Origin: a virus
Virus record (IMG/VR): IMGVR_UViG_3300017731_000022
Strand: one strand, 5' to 3'
Length of the DNA: 30,276 nt
The translations under genes were made by a program, and so were the position numbers. This document shows positions 1 to 9,687 of this stretch, one piece after another; positions within the stretch are counted from its first letter, which is position 1; the number at the start of each line of letters is the position of its first letter. The notes under the pieces are model-generated. The model saw only the letters and a list, made by a program, of their open reading frames with translations. It was not told the DNA's origin and searched no databases.

Positions 1-123
1 GTTCCACTTGAATCTGACAATGCAGCTACAGTAGCACTATAATCTAAGATGTAAATATTTTTAATTCCAGCAAAGGCAGTCTTACATCCAACCCCTCTAC
101 CTTTTGTTATTGCACAAGCCATA
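1..123. repeat. Terminal direct duplication, copy 1 (identical to 30154..30276); most likely a circular-assembly overlap
   Basis: Base-by-base reading shows 1..123 (gttccacttg...gcacaagccata) recurs exactly at 30154..30276. It carries the start codon (minus strand, 122..120) and about the first 40 codons of the 179-aa ORF 29736..30275. Confidence 0.95.
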
Positions 124-139
124 GTTATTTTGTTTTAAT

Positions 140-169
140 AAAAAAGGGTAGGCAGTTTTTGCCCACCCT
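140..169 (-). terminator. Rho-independent terminator downstream of the capsid gene
   Basis: The minus-strand RNA reads AGGGUGGGC-AAAAACU-GCCUACCCU followed by UUUUU. This is a 9-bp stem with one G-U pair, located 25 nt after the capsid stop at 194. Confidence 0.8.
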
Positions 170-193
170 CTTTATGTTAGTTAATTTAATTTA

Positions 194-1120
194 TTATGAT
201 AGGTAAACAATATCTGAACCTATTCCAGTTTGAACACCAGCAGTATATCTCATAACAACTCTTACGTTTTGAGAACCGTCAATGTCAGACATATCAATAA
301 CTTTAACTTCGTTTCTATCATTCAATAGACCAGTGCCAAAGAATAAATTAGACTTCTGAGCTAATACAGCTTTGTTATCTCCTAATCCTTGAGCTACAAA
401 AATATTGATACCTTCAAAAGTTAATTGACCTCCGTTATACCAAGTAGTTCCTTTGTTATCAACACCATTAGCACCAATAGTAGCAACAAAACCACCAAGA
501 GTTCTAATGTATGCTCTTGCAATATTATTAGAAACATAAAGAGTTAAATCTTCTTTTCCTAATACAGCGGCGTTAGCAGCATCTACCATAGCTCCTAATT
601 TAGCAATAACGTTAGTAGTTGTAATAGCACCTCCAGCAGCGACGTCTACAACAGTACCGTCAGCAGCTAATAAAGTTGAAAAACCGTCAAAGTTTCCTTC
701 TCCAGCAGCTCCACTCCAAATAGAGTTTTCTGTAGCTTGAGCAACTTCTGCTGCAACTCTTGAAATTACATAATCAGAAAATAATGGAGGTAAACTGTCA
801 AAAGCAGAGAATCCCATCTGAGCAGCTTCCCAATCAGAATGTAATTCTTTTTTACAAATTTGTAAGTTTACTTGTAACTCAGTTGGAGTTAATACTTTCT
901 CAGTCAATGTAAGACCAGAAGTAGTAGCATCGAAATCGCAATCTGCTGAACGAACTAAGTTAGAAAAAGCACCTACTTTCATAGCAGCTTTATACTTGAT
1001 GTTAGGCAAGATTGATATAGCTCCAGCATCTAATGTTGAAGCAGATAATAGGGCAGCACCTAAGTACTTCCCAGCAAATTCTCCAGCATATGAAGAACCA
1101 GTAATTGTTGGATTTGGCAT
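194..1120 (-). CDS. Major capsid protein (HK97-fold type)
   Basis: A 308-aa ORF with an ATG start lies directly downstream of an acidic scaffold-like ORF and is followed by a strong terminator. The sequence looks like an HK97-family capsid protein to me; this is recognition only and is not verified. Confidence 0.65.
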   Translation of the reverse strand: MPNPTITGSSYAGEFAGKYLGAALLSASTLDAGAISILPNIKYKAAMKVGAFSNLVRSADCDFDATTSGLTLTEKVLTPTELQVNLQICKKELHSDWEAAQMGFSAFDSLPPLFSDYVISRVAAEVAQATENSIWSGAAGEGNFDGFSTLLAADGTVVDVAAGGAITTTNVIAKLGAMVDAANAAVLGKEDLTLYVSNNIARAYIRTLGGFVATIGANGVDNKGTTWYNGGQLTFEGINIFVAQGLGDNKAVLAQKSNLFFGTGLLNDRNEVKVIDMSDIDGSQNVRVVMRYTAGVQTGIGSDIVYLS

Positions 1121-1132
1121 TTTATTTAATTT

Positions 1133-1762
1133 TTAGTTGTTAATTATTTTATTCATTACTCTATCAAGTGTACTAGTTTTTCTTTTTGTAGCATACTTGA
1201 AATTATGTTTTACAGTTTTAGCTTCTGGATTTGCTTGAATAGGTTCAGCAGCTGGTTCACTTAGTTCTTGTTTTACTTCTTCTGGTACTTCGCTTAACTC
1301 AACTTTGTCGTGTTTGCATAGTTCCTCAGTCATAAGATTCCCTAACTCATCAGCATTTAGTTCCTCGCTCATTTCTTCCTTAGGCTCTAACATAGCTTTG
1401 ATTTCTTCAATCATCTCTTTAACCTCAGCTAATTCTTCTTTAGTAGCATATCCCATTTCTTCTTTTTCTTCTTCTTCTTTTGCTTCAACCTCTTCTACTT
1501 CTTCTTCTTCTTCTCCAGCTTCTTTGATTTCAGCAATAAGACCTTCTTCTGCTACTATTAGAATACGACCATCTTCCATTTCGTATTCTCCTACTGGTAC
1601 AGCTACTTTTTCGTCTTCTGTTACAATAAAGATTTCTTTACCAGCCTCAAATGATTCTGCTTCTAAAACAGTACCATTTTCTAGTTTCATTTGTTCTAAC
1701 TTAACTTCTTCGGATAAGTTTAGAACTTCTTTGATTTTACTAATCATATCATTCGTGTTCAT
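1133..1762 (-). CDS. Scaffolding protein (highly acidic)
   Basis: The 209-aa ORF is E/K-rich with a run GEEEEEVEEVEAKEEEEKEE. It sits immediately upstream of the capsid gene. Confidence 0.55.
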   Translation of the reverse strand: MNTNDMISKIKEVLNLSEEVKLEQMKLENGTVLEAESFEAGKEIFIVTEDEKVAVPVGEYEMEDGRILIVAEEGLIAEIKEAGEEEEEVEEVEAKEEEEKEEMGYATKEELAEVKEMIEEIKAMLEPKEEMSEELNADELGNLMTEELCKHDKVELSEVPEEVKQELSEPAAEPIQANPEAKTVKHNFKYATKRKTSTLDRVMNKIINN

Positions 1763-1775
1763 ATTAATATATAAG
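1763..1775 (-). promoter_or_regulatory. Start-abutting motif CTTATATATTAAT directly 5' of the scaffold ATG
   Basis: The minus strand reads CTTATATATTAAT-ATG. The same 12-mer, TTATATATTAAT, abuts the terS ATG at 12510..12521. Confidence 0.4.
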
Positions 1776-1802
1776 TGTTAAAAATTAATTTTGCATTTTT
1801 AT

Positions 1803-2270
1803 TTAAGCTTTTTTCTGTATTATAAACCATTCAGTTCCATCACTCCATACCTTAATTCCCTCATAAGATTTATTAATTTCATAATAATTTGTACTGCCAT
1901 CTAAATTTTGACCTGTTGCTGGTTTTAAATAAACCCTTGTATTAGTGCTAAAAGTACTATCGCTAATAAATCTCATTGCTCTATTAGTATTGTTTGCAGA
2001 TGTACAATCTGGTAAAGTCATAGTCATATTACCAGCACCACCAGACCAACTTAGTTTTATTATTTCGGAATTATGAAATGTAGAACTGTCTAAATCTACA
2101 TTATTAGTAGCACTTACTGTAATACTTGTAGGTGCTAAATAGTTTACAATTTCTTTTTGTAAATTAGAGAATAATATTTTTTTTGTTTCTCCACTATCTA
2201 CTACAACAAACTCATCATTATTTGTTAGGTCTGTAATAGCATTTAATTGTGATATTTTTTTATCTGACAT
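1803..2270 (-). CDS. Virion appendage protein sharing an N-terminal module with the 544-aa fibre
   Basis: The 155-aa ORF starts MSDKKISQLNAITDLTNNDEFVVVDSGETKKILFSNL. This parallels MANKKFSQFDLKTNSADVQFVVGYNGTDNVRIAPSNL at the start of ORF 24995..26629. Confidence 0.4.
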   Translation of the reverse strand: MSDKKISQLNAITDLTNNDEFVVVDSGETKKILFSNLQKEIVNYLAPTSITVSATNNVDLDSSTFHNSEIIKLSWSGGAGNMTMTLPDCTSANNTNRAMRFISDSTFSTNTRVYLKPATGQNLDGSTNYYEINKSYEGIKVWSDGTEWFIIQKKA

Positions 2271-2488
2271 TATAAAATTATTTTTCCGTTATTTTCCTGA
2301 AGTAAGTTAAATGTGTTTTCTTGTAATAAATAAAATGATTGCCTTGATATACTACCTATACCTTGTGCATGTAAACTACCATCACAGCACTTTATAGAAT
2401 AAGTATTGTCTTGACATAAACAAGCTCTTCTTCCTCCTTTTGGACTAGTTTTACTTGGTGTTATAAATCTTTTAAATATTTTTCTCAT
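2270..2488 (-). CDS. Small Cys-rich protein with a C-terminal LLQEN repeat
   Basis: The 72-aa ORF overlaps the upstream gene by ATGA and the downstream gene by TAATG. It contains CLCQDNTYSIKCCDG and ends in YLLQENTFNLLQENNGKIIL. Confidence 0.45.
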   Translation of the reverse strand: MRKIFKRFITPSKTSPKGGRRACLCQDNTYSIKCCDGSLHAQGIGSISRQSFYLLQENTFNLLQENNGKIIL

Positions 2489-3531
2489 TTAATTGGTATG
2501 CAATTTGGTACTAATTTACCATTTTTCATTTTCATTCCATATTGTTCGTAACCATCATGACATGGAGCTTTTAAGTCTATTAAATCTAATTCTTTTAATT
2601 TACTTTCAGCCCAACGTTTTCCAGCTTTACCACCCCACAATAAATATGAGATAGTACCACACGCTTTTGTATCTCCTTCATCATAATAAGTTTCAGCTCT
2701 AGATAAATAAGAATACATACGTTTTATTGTTTCAACACTTATAGCTTTACCTTGCGCTAATTGTTGTGCTCTTACTTTACCTACTTGTGTTGCACATTTA
2801 TTATTTACCTTTTCATTTAATTCTAAGCCTCTCTTTGCATTATTTTTAACTCCGCTTGGGTAATCAGTATAACTCTCAAGAATCATCTTCTTACCATCTT
2901 TAACACGTTTATCATTTTTAATAATAGCCTTAACTTGACCTAATAAGTACTCACCTTCATCTTGATCTATTTCCTGTAATATTCTATCACTACTAAAATC
3001 ATTTATAGCTTCTTTTGGTCTTTCCATTTTGTCTGCAAAGTAACCTTCTATAGAAAATCCTTTCACTTTACCTGTCTTAACAAACTCTTCCCAAATCTTG
3101 TCGTTGTTTACTTTTACAGCACCTACCCAAGTACCTAAGGGTAAATCCATGCCATACTTAACTGATTTATCATGTACTTTATCTTCTACTATCCAAGATT
3201 CAACTAGACTCAACCCGTTTAACTCGTATTGATGTTCTAAAGTTGAATTATTTTGTTTACCTTGCATTAAGTACATTTGAGAAGCTTTTAATACAGTATC
3301 TTTTGAAAAGTATATATAGTATTCATCTTCTCCGTTTCGTCTGTATATAGGCTTATTTGGAATAAGTAAAGCACCCATTAAAATACGTTTCTCTTTGTCT
3401 ACCTCTGCAAGTTTAAATTCTTGTGATTTGAGTGCAATAAAATCTTCTTCTATTGCTGGATTTTCTACTACACTTATAGCTTCTATCCCTATCTCTTGTT
3501 CTTCGTCTAAAATAAGTTCTACTATTCTCAT
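2485..3531 (-). CDS. XkdF-like prohead protease domain protein with a C-terminal extension
   Basis: The N-terminal ~170 aa (ISVVENPAIEEDF...LEHQ...ESWIVED...GTWVGAVKV...GFSIEGYF) resembles the PBSX XkdF / S78-like family. The C-terminus has a LWGGKAGKRWAESK module and a Cys-pair tail, CHDGYEQYGMKMKNGKLVPNC. Confidence 0.5.
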   Translation of the reverse strand: MRIVELILDEEQEIGIEAISVVENPAIEEDFIALKSQEFKLAEVDKEKRILMGALLIPNKPIYRRNGEDEYYIYFSKDTVLKASQMYLMQGKQNNSTLEHQYELNGLSLVESWIVEDKVHDKSVKYGMDLPLGTWVGAVKVNNDKIWEEFVKTGKVKGFSIEGYFADKMERPKEAINDFSSDRILQEIDQDEGEYLLGQVKAIIKNDKRVKDGKKMILESYTDYPSGVKNNAKRGLELNEKVNNKCATQVGKVRAQQLAQGKAISVETIKRMYSYLSRAETYYDEGDTKACGTISYLLWGGKAGKRWAESKLKELDLIDLKAPCHDGYEQYGMKMKNGKLVPNCIPIK

Positions 3532-3544
3532 ACTAATATATAAT
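3532..3544 (-). promoter_or_regulatory. Start-abutting motif ATTATATATTAGT directly 5' of the ATG
   Basis: The minus strand reads ATTATATATTAGT-ATG. The 12-mer TTATATATTAGT is identical to the one abutting the ATG at 29609. Confidence 0.4.
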
Positions 3545-3565
3545 AGTTTTTAATTTTTTTTGTTT

Positions 3566-5293
3566 TTATCCTAAAGTTGCACCCTCTACAATATTGTTTT
3601 CTAAGCTCTGTGCAGTTGTTACATCATTAGCAACTACATAAGCTTGTACTGGCTGTTGGGTTTGACCACCTATAGCATCTGCTAATTGACTTGTTTCAGT
3701 AGCACCTACTATGTTAAATGATGGGGGAGATGGTAAGGCTGGAGTAGCTTCTCCACCACCGCCAGTAGATACACCACCAACAGTAGGCTTTGGTACTTTT
3801 GTACTTAATATAGTTTTAACGTTAGATAAACCAGTTGCAATAATAGCTATGGCTTGAGCAATACCAGCAAATCCACCTTTTGCTATCGCTTTATTTGCAC
3901 CTACATAAGTATCTATTGTTGCAGAAGCAACACCTAAGGCTTTACCAGCAGCAGTACCCTCTCCAGCAATACCAGCTAAAGTACCAATAGCACCACCAAC
4001 AGCTTCAGCATTTTCTATCTGTGCATTTTTTGTAGCATCATCAATTTTCTTTTTAGCGTCTGCATTAGCTTTTTTGGTAGCTATATCTTCTGCGTCAAAC
4101 CCATCATTTAATTCTTTTAGTTTAGTTTTATAATCTTCTTCAGCAACTAACAATAAATTGTTTTTTTCTATTTCATCTGTTACCTCTCTATCTATTAGTT
4201 CTTTTTGCTCTAAGTATTGTTGCTTAAGTTCTTCTCTTTGTATATCTCTTTCGCTTTTACCAATTAAAGCAAGTTCGTTTTGTAAATCTTTTTGTTCTCT
4301 TAACAAAGAATTAGCATTTGTTTGTTGTTCACTTCTAAAACCTGTTATTTGAGCCTCTATTGCTGCTTGTTCGTTTAACGCTTCTGAATAGGCTTTTTGT
4401 AACTGTATATTTTCTTTGTTTTTATCAAGTTCGGCTTTTGCAGATGCTACAGCTATTGCAGCATTTTCTTTCATAGCTTTTTCTTGGTCATCTAAAACTT
4501 TAGCTAAATCTTCATTTGCCTTTATTCTTTCTTCAATACTCTTACTTTCATCATCTCTTATTTGTCTAAGTTGTTCTGCTTGTCTATCATATTTTTCAAT
4601 AAGACCTTGATTTTTAACAGCTGCTAACTCTGCTGCGTTTGCAAGCTTTACATTTTCTTTAGCAGATTTTATAGTTTTCTTTGTATAATCTACAACAGCA
4701 TTAGTAGTTTTTTCTATAACTACTTTAGCTTTATCTACTGAGTTATTTACACCAGTTAAAACATCTATACTTTCTTTACCAGCACTTTTCACATCTTCTA
4801 ATGCACCAGCAAAATCCCCACTAAATACTTTTTTAACTGCACTTGCTAAAAAACCAAGCGTATCTAAATAACTTTCAAATCTTTCTTGTATATTTTTCTT
4901 AAAAGCCTCTGCAAAATCTTTAAGTGCTTGTTTAGGGTTTTCAAATATAGCCTTAAAAAAATCTACTACTCCAGATGTGTTGTTTACTATAAAATTTACA
5001 AAGTCATTAAAAGCTATACTTACTGCTTCAAATGCTGTATTAAATAAATCAGCAACCTTTTGGTTTTGCATAAATATATCAGATAGCTTTGCTAAAGCAG
5101 CAATGACTAAACCAATACCAGCAGCTTTCATAGCAGTACCAAGAGTTCTAAAAGCCTTAGTTACCCCACCTACACCTTTAGCACCTTTTTTTGCGCTTTT
5201 GTCAAGTCCTGTAAGTCCATTGTCTAATGAATCTATACTCTTTTGAGCATCTTTGCTATCTACGTCTATTAATATTGTTTTCTCTATCGCCAT
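3566..5293 (-). CDS. Tape-measure-like / internal coiled-coil virion protein
   Basis: In this 575-aa ORF, Gly/Ala-rich hydrophobic segments (LGTAMKAAGIGLVIAALAKL; GGAIGTLAGIAGEGTAAGKALGVASA...GFAGIAQAIAIIATGLS) flank a long K/E/Q/A-rich region that looks like a coiled coil. Confidence 0.5.
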   Translation of the reverse strand: MAIEKTILIDVDSKDAQKSIDSLDNGLTGLDKSAKKGAKGVGGVTKAFRTLGTAMKAAGIGLVIAALAKLSDIFMQNQKVADLFNTAFEAVSIAFNDFVNFIVNNTSGVVDFFKAIFENPKQALKDFAEAFKKNIQERFESYLDTLGFLASAVKKVFSGDFAGALEDVKSAGKESIDVLTGVNNSVDKAKVVIEKTTNAVVDYTKKTIKSAKENVKLANAAELAAVKNQGLIEKYDRQAEQLRQIRDDESKSIEERIKANEDLAKVLDDQEKAMKENAAIAVASAKAELDKNKENIQLQKAYSEALNEQAAIEAQITGFRSEQQTNANSLLREQKDLQNELALIGKSERDIQREELKQQYLEQKELIDREVTDEIEKNNLLLVAEEDYKTKLKELNDGFDAEDIATKKANADAKKKIDDATKNAQIENAEAVGGAIGTLAGIAGEGTAAGKALGVASATIDTYVGANKAIAKGGFAGIAQAIAIIATGLSNVKTILSTKVPKPTVGGVSTGGGGEATPALPSPPSFNIVGATETSQLADAIGGQTQQPVQAYVVANDVTTAQSLENNIVEGATLG

Positions 5294-5424
5294 TGTATTT
5301 CTTGTTTAAGTGCTTTATATCCCTCTCTTATAGTTAAAGGTAGTTTATATTTACCTTGTGCTATACGGATGTTTTCTGTTTCTCCGTTTGCGTATTTTAA
5401 AAGTTCTAATATATTCTTTATCAT
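5284..5424 (-). CDS. Small ORF (46 aa), hypothetical; not in the ORF track
   Basis: Hand translation gives MIKNILELLKYANGETENIRIAQGKYKLPLTIREGYKALKQEIQWR. Its ATG shares one nt with the TAA of the 880-aa gene (TAATG). It fills an otherwise empty 130-nt gap and overlaps the next gene by 10 nt. Confidence 0.45.
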   Translation of the reverse strand: MIKNILELLKYANGETENIRIAQGKYKLPLTIREGYKALKQEIQWR

Positions 5425-8066
5425 TATTCTAATATTATTGTATCACTTTGTTCAGTTATTAGTGTATCTCCGTTTTCTGCAAGAGCAGTAGGTGCTGGTA
5501 AAGTTGTACCATATGCTATTGTATCATTTGAAAAAGAAACAACACCACCTATAGTATATCTTACTCTAATTGCAAACTTATATGTTATCTCGCTTTGTAA
5601 ACCTGTTACTTTTTTAGCTACAGTTGTATTTGGTAAAGTTTGAGAAAATGTATCATCTACATATAAATCATAACCAGTAATATTATTAGCTACAGGATTT
5701 GGTAAAGCAGTCCACCCAATAGTAATAAAGTCTGAGCCTTTAACTGTAACATTAAGACTTGCTAATCTACCTAAACTTGCTGATTGATTATTTTCTATAG
5801 CTGTTATACTTTGCGATAAACTATATAATTCTAAAGAACTTTTATTTGTTAGTAAATTAGTTTTTATTGAGTTTATTCTATAAGGTTTATTACCTATAAT
5901 GAATTTATCATTTAAGTTATAGTTTAAAATAATATGTAATGGTAAGTAAGCATCTAATTTATTTATTCTCGCTTGTGGATGAAACACACTTGCTACATAA
6001 TCTAAATAATATTTCTCTAATAGGTTTGTACCTTTAGGCTCTAAAAAGAACTCATCTTGCTCAAGTCCAAAATTTAAAGATGATGAAGCATCTGCAACAG
6101 CGCCACTAGAAACAAATACTTGACTTGGTCTATTATATGTCGAAACAGTTTCGTCTGTACCACCATCTACATTTTCAAACAAAAATGTTGGAGTTGCAGT
6201 TTGATTAACTATATATAATAATAATGGCTTACCTATTGTTGGGTTAAAATCTTTGTCTAACATAGCACCTTGACAAATAGTTGTTGTATCGCTATCAACT
6301 TCATCAGATAGCTTTTCAAACATCATTTTCTCAAAATCTAATTCTATTTTATAATCTCCACCATCTGCCTCTGGTATTCCATACTCAATTCCACCAAAAT
6401 TATCAGCTTGTAGCTCGTCTGATTTTACAACTAAATAACTTTTTTTACTCTTAAAGTTAAAATCAAAGTTTTTAAATTGTAATACTTTACCTATAGAATT
6501 TTTAGTTGTATCTACATATCTTGTTATATCATAAGAAATTCCCTCAGCGTAAAAGTCATTTAAAGGCAATACTCGTATTTGTGTACCATCTTTATAAGCT
6601 ACAAGATTAAACATCTTAAACAGATTAGTAATAAAATCAAAAGTTTTTATTTTAGGCATTTGCCTATTTATCTCAACATTATTTGCAACTGATAAACTAT
6701 CTAACTCATATGTTCCAGAGCCTACAGTTGGTTTTAATGCTAAAATTTCAAATGAGGAAATATTAAAAGAGTTAGTTGATGTAACCTCTATAAATACATT
6801 AACAACAGAACTATTAGCACCAAAATTATGAAGTATACTATAAGATGTTTGTCCTGTAAGCTCTTCGTTTATAATATTCTGTTCTGGTAAAGTAAAATCT
6901 AATTCTCCTATTGTAATAGAAGAACGATATACCCTTAAATTAAAAGTAGTATCAGCTGATGAAGTTGTAATATTAAAAGTTAAAGATGTACTTATACCAC
7001 CTCCAAAAATAATATTAGGTGCTTCACCAAATAAAGGTCGCATTTCATCTCCACTTATTAAACTTAAATTAGCATCAGTATCATCTGGTAAATGAAAATG
7101 CCCTCTTAACACATTTAATCCTCCTCCCTCTGGTGCATTACTCATAAAGCCTTTTTCCCTGTGCATCCATAGATAAAGATTGTTAAAATCCTCACTATTA
7201 AAAAACTCTCCTGTAAAGTCTATTTCAATGTTAGGTGTATTTCTTATAGCGTCTATTATTTGCCTTACCTTTATAGCTGGTTTTATATCTCTGTAATTTA
7301 TCTTTTGTCCAGCTACTGGAGTTGAAGAAACGTAAGCATTATTATTATATCTCATGTTTTTAGTATGAGTTATTAAAGGAAAACACACATCAGTTGGTGA
7401 ATCTCTAAACATTGGAAATATAGTAGCGTGATTATAAGCGAAATTCAAATTACTTGGGTATGTTAAATCACTTAGCATACTTTCACCAAGTATATCTTTC
7501 AGTTCAATAGTTTCTCCAAAAAATATTAATTTATAAGCGTGAGGTTTATTGTTTTTTAGTGATACACTACTTAATCTTATTTTACCTTTTTTATAATCAC
7601 TTCCGTTTAGTTTTATAAGTGCATCTACTTTATATCTTGCATCAAAGCTATTTAATATATCACTATCCTCATAATGTCTTAATATTTTAGAATTATGCTT
7701 TGAAGCTGGTACGTTAAACTGTTGAGAAAAAGGAGTAAATATTTTTGCTACATCCCTTACGTTTTTTATAGAATCCGTTATGCTTACACTTTCATCCTCA
7801 AATAAATCAAGTCTTTTAAAATCACTTTTAATTAAATATTGTTGTCCTGTTGTAAATATATCAGCAGACAAAGCTAATTGACTATTACTTGTAACTGCTG
7901 TTATTTTTGCAGAAGTTCCATCTGTTTCATTAAAAGCAATATATCCTACCTTAACAGTAGATGTAAAGTTTGCGTTAGCATCAACTAAGTTACTTGCAGA
8001 AGTGCTTGTAGCAACAGCTTGTTGAGTAAAAACTCCATCTCTTATGTATAGTTCTATTATCTGCAT
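5424..8066 (-). CDS. Large tail/baseplate structural protein with a C-terminal FN3-like domain
   Basis: The 880-aa ORF has a C-terminal segment LNVTVKGSDFITIGWTALPNP...ITGYDLYVDD...TYKFAIRVRY that looks like fibronectin type III. It ends with LAENGDTLITEQSDTIILE. Confidence 0.5.
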   Translation of the reverse strand: MQIIELYIRDGVFTQQAVATSTSASNLVDANANFTSTVKVGYIAFNETDGTSAKITAVTSNSQLALSADIFTTGQQYLIKSDFKRLDLFEDESVSITDSIKNVRDVAKIFTPFSQQFNVPASKHNSKILRHYEDSDILNSFDARYKVDALIKLNGSDYKKGKIRLSSVSLKNNKPHAYKLIFFGETIELKDILGESMLSDLTYPSNLNFAYNHATIFPMFRDSPTDVCFPLITHTKNMRYNNNAYVSSTPVAGQKINYRDIKPAIKVRQIIDAIRNTPNIEIDFTGEFFNSEDFNNLYLWMHREKGFMSNAPEGGGLNVLRGHFHLPDDTDANLSLISGDEMRPLFGEAPNIIFGGGISTSLTFNITTSSADTTFNLRVYRSSITIGELDFTLPEQNIINEELTGQTSYSILHNFGANSSVVNVFIEVTSTNSFNISSFEILALKPTVGSGTYELDSLSVANNVEINRQMPKIKTFDFITNLFKMFNLVAYKDGTQIRVLPLNDFYAEGISYDITRYVDTTKNSIGKVLQFKNFDFNFKSKKSYLVVKSDELQADNFGGIEYGIPEADGGDYKIELDFEKMMFEKLSDEVDSDTTTICQGAMLDKDFNPTIGKPLLLYIVNQTATPTFLFENVDGGTDETVSTYNRPSQVFVSSGAVADASSSLNFGLEQDEFFLEPKGTNLLEKYYLDYVASVFHPQARINKLDAYLPLHIILNYNLNDKFIIGNKPYRINSIKTNLLTNKSSLELYSLSQSITAIENNQSASLGRLASLNVTVKGSDFITIGWTALPNPVANNITGYDLYVDDTFSQTLPNTTVAKKVTGLQSEITYKFAIRVRYTIGGVVSFSNDTIAYGTTLPAPTALAENGDTLITEQSDTIILE

Positions 8067-9184
8067 TAGCGTACATTATTTATAGTGTCAAAAGCAAATT
8101 CAACTTCTATTGTATAATTTATTATCTTGTCGTTAAGTTGTGTCTTGTAATTAAAAGAGCTACTTGTTACTTGTATCGGTAAAGTCTTAGAATCTATTTC
8201 TATCCAACAATCCTCACTTAATTGCATTTCTTTAAATACTTCATTATAAGCCTCTGGATAATATCCTGTGTTTAGTGTTAGTTTCTCTTTACCATTCTTT
8301 GTAAGTGTTTTATCTTGATGGTTGCTTATGTTATAAGTAGCACTACTAATTATGTTTCTTTTAAACTTTTCTGTTTTAGTTGTTAAGACTTCATTAGTAC
8401 GTTTAAAAAACCATATATCTTGTAAGCTACCAAACTTATTTATAAATGTTATTTTGTAAGGTGTAAACTTACATTCAGTTTCATTCTTTACAGTTAGCTT
8501 AGTAACACCACTTGTAGTATCTACATATATTGTGTCAAAGTCAAATAAAGTAAACTCATCACTAAAAGCATCTAAACAAGAACTACCCTCAAAAGTACCA
8601 CCATCTTGTATTACTCTATCCTCAAACTCATCAGAGCCATTTATACCATTTGTAACGTACTCTATTTGTGTTGTAGATACTGAATTTGAACTAATAGCTT
8701 TTGTATATACTATATCTCCATTAAGCTCGTATGTTACTTGTGTTGTTGTTGAGGTGTCTACAGCTATTGTAGCTGGTGCATCATCTAACTTAACTATAGT
8801 AGTGTTAGACTGTAATAACCCTTGATTGTTAGTTGGGTTTATACCATCTTCAAAAAAGCCATAACCATAGAATCCTTTTAACTGTGCAAAGCTACTTGTA
8901 GGTTGAATATCATTTTGGTGTGTTTCAGTAGTTCTATAATCTACCCATAATATCTCACTTGCATAATCTCCATCAAATGTATTAGTAAAGTAATCTCTTA
9001 CTAACTCTGCTATTTCAAAAGTACATCTTTCTTCTACTGCAAATGATTGTAGTGTATAAGTAGCTGTTGTTGGTCTGTTAGTTGTTTGTGTTCCTGTATA
9101 TATAAACAACTCTAACTTACAGCTTGTTAAATTAGTTGCAGTTATTGATATGTAAAATGGACTTCTTGCGTTTATCTTGCTCAT
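8066..9184 (-). CDS. Virion structural protein (tail-associated), function unknown
   Basis: The 372-aa ORF is T/S/N-rich and beta-type in composition. It is translationally coupled on both sides, by ATGA upstream and TAATG downstream. Confidence 0.4.
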   Translation of the reverse strand: MSKINARSPFYISITATNLTSCKLELFIYTGTQTTNRPTTATYTLQSFAVEERCTFEIAELVRDYFTNTFDGDYASEILWVDYRTTETHQNDIQPTSSFAQLKGFYGYGFFEDGINPTNNQGLLQSNTTIVKLDDAPATIAVDTSTTTQVTYELNGDIVYTKAISSNSVSTTQIEYVTNGINGSDEFEDRVIQDGGTFEGSSCLDAFSDEFTLFDFDTIYVDTTSGVTKLTVKNETECKFTPYKITFINKFGSLQDIWFFKRTNEVLTTKTEKFKRNIISSATYNISNHQDKTLTKNGKEKLTLNTGYYPEAYNEVFKEMQLSEDCWIEIDSKTLPIQVTSSSFNYKTQLNDKIINYTIEVEFAFDTINNVR

Positions 9185-9687
9185 TTGCTTATGTTTACTT
9201 GTATTTGTTTTTCTATCCCTATTGAGTATGCTTCTACTAATTCATCTGGCAATCTCTTAAATGCAGCAGCAAAAGGCTTTGTAAAAAACATACTTGGTCT
9301 TATTCCTTTCTTATATATTGATTTAGCTATTGCGTAATTCAATCCTTTTCTCTTTTCAAACTTACCACCTTTGCCTCTTGGTGCTATTCCCTTTCTAATA
9401 GTCCATTTATCAAATGCCTTAGCTGGTGGCATCTTGTTTGTGTATTTATATGGTGTGTTATATTTCTTTTCTGTACCACTAACCCCTCTGTCTTGAAACT
9501 TACCATAATCAACCATATCAAAGCCTAGAGATATTGTTGAGCCACTCTGTGATATCTCATACCCTAAACTATTATATAGTTCCTTAGATACATTCTTTTT
9601 GCTTTTAGATAAATTGCTACGTGATTGTTGTATAACATATTTAGCAAACTTATTTAATTCATCTTTTAAATACTTATCTGCTAACAT
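9181..9687 (-). CDS. Neck/head-tail joining protein (HK97 gp10-like, tentative)
   Basis: The 168-aa basic ORF contains DYGKFQDRGVSGT, which is reminiscent of the gp10-family motif. The assignment also rests on its position among structural genes. Confidence 0.35.
   Translation of the reverse strand: MLADKYLKDELNKFAKYVIQQSRSNLSKSKKNVSKELYNSLGYEISQSGSTISLGFDMVDYGKFQDRGVSGTEKKYNTPYKYTNKMPPAKAFDKWTIRKGIAPRGKGGKFEKRKGLNYAIAKSIYKKGIRPSMFFTKPFAAAFKRLPDELVEAYSIGIEKQIQVNISK

Noticed and set aside
1-123. The 123-bp end repeat as genuine packaging direct terminal repeats.
   Set aside because: The repeat begins inside a coding sequence and has no non-coding ends. The PBSX-type terL is more compatible with headful packaging. 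A circular-assembly overlap is the simpler reading, though only read-level data can settle it.
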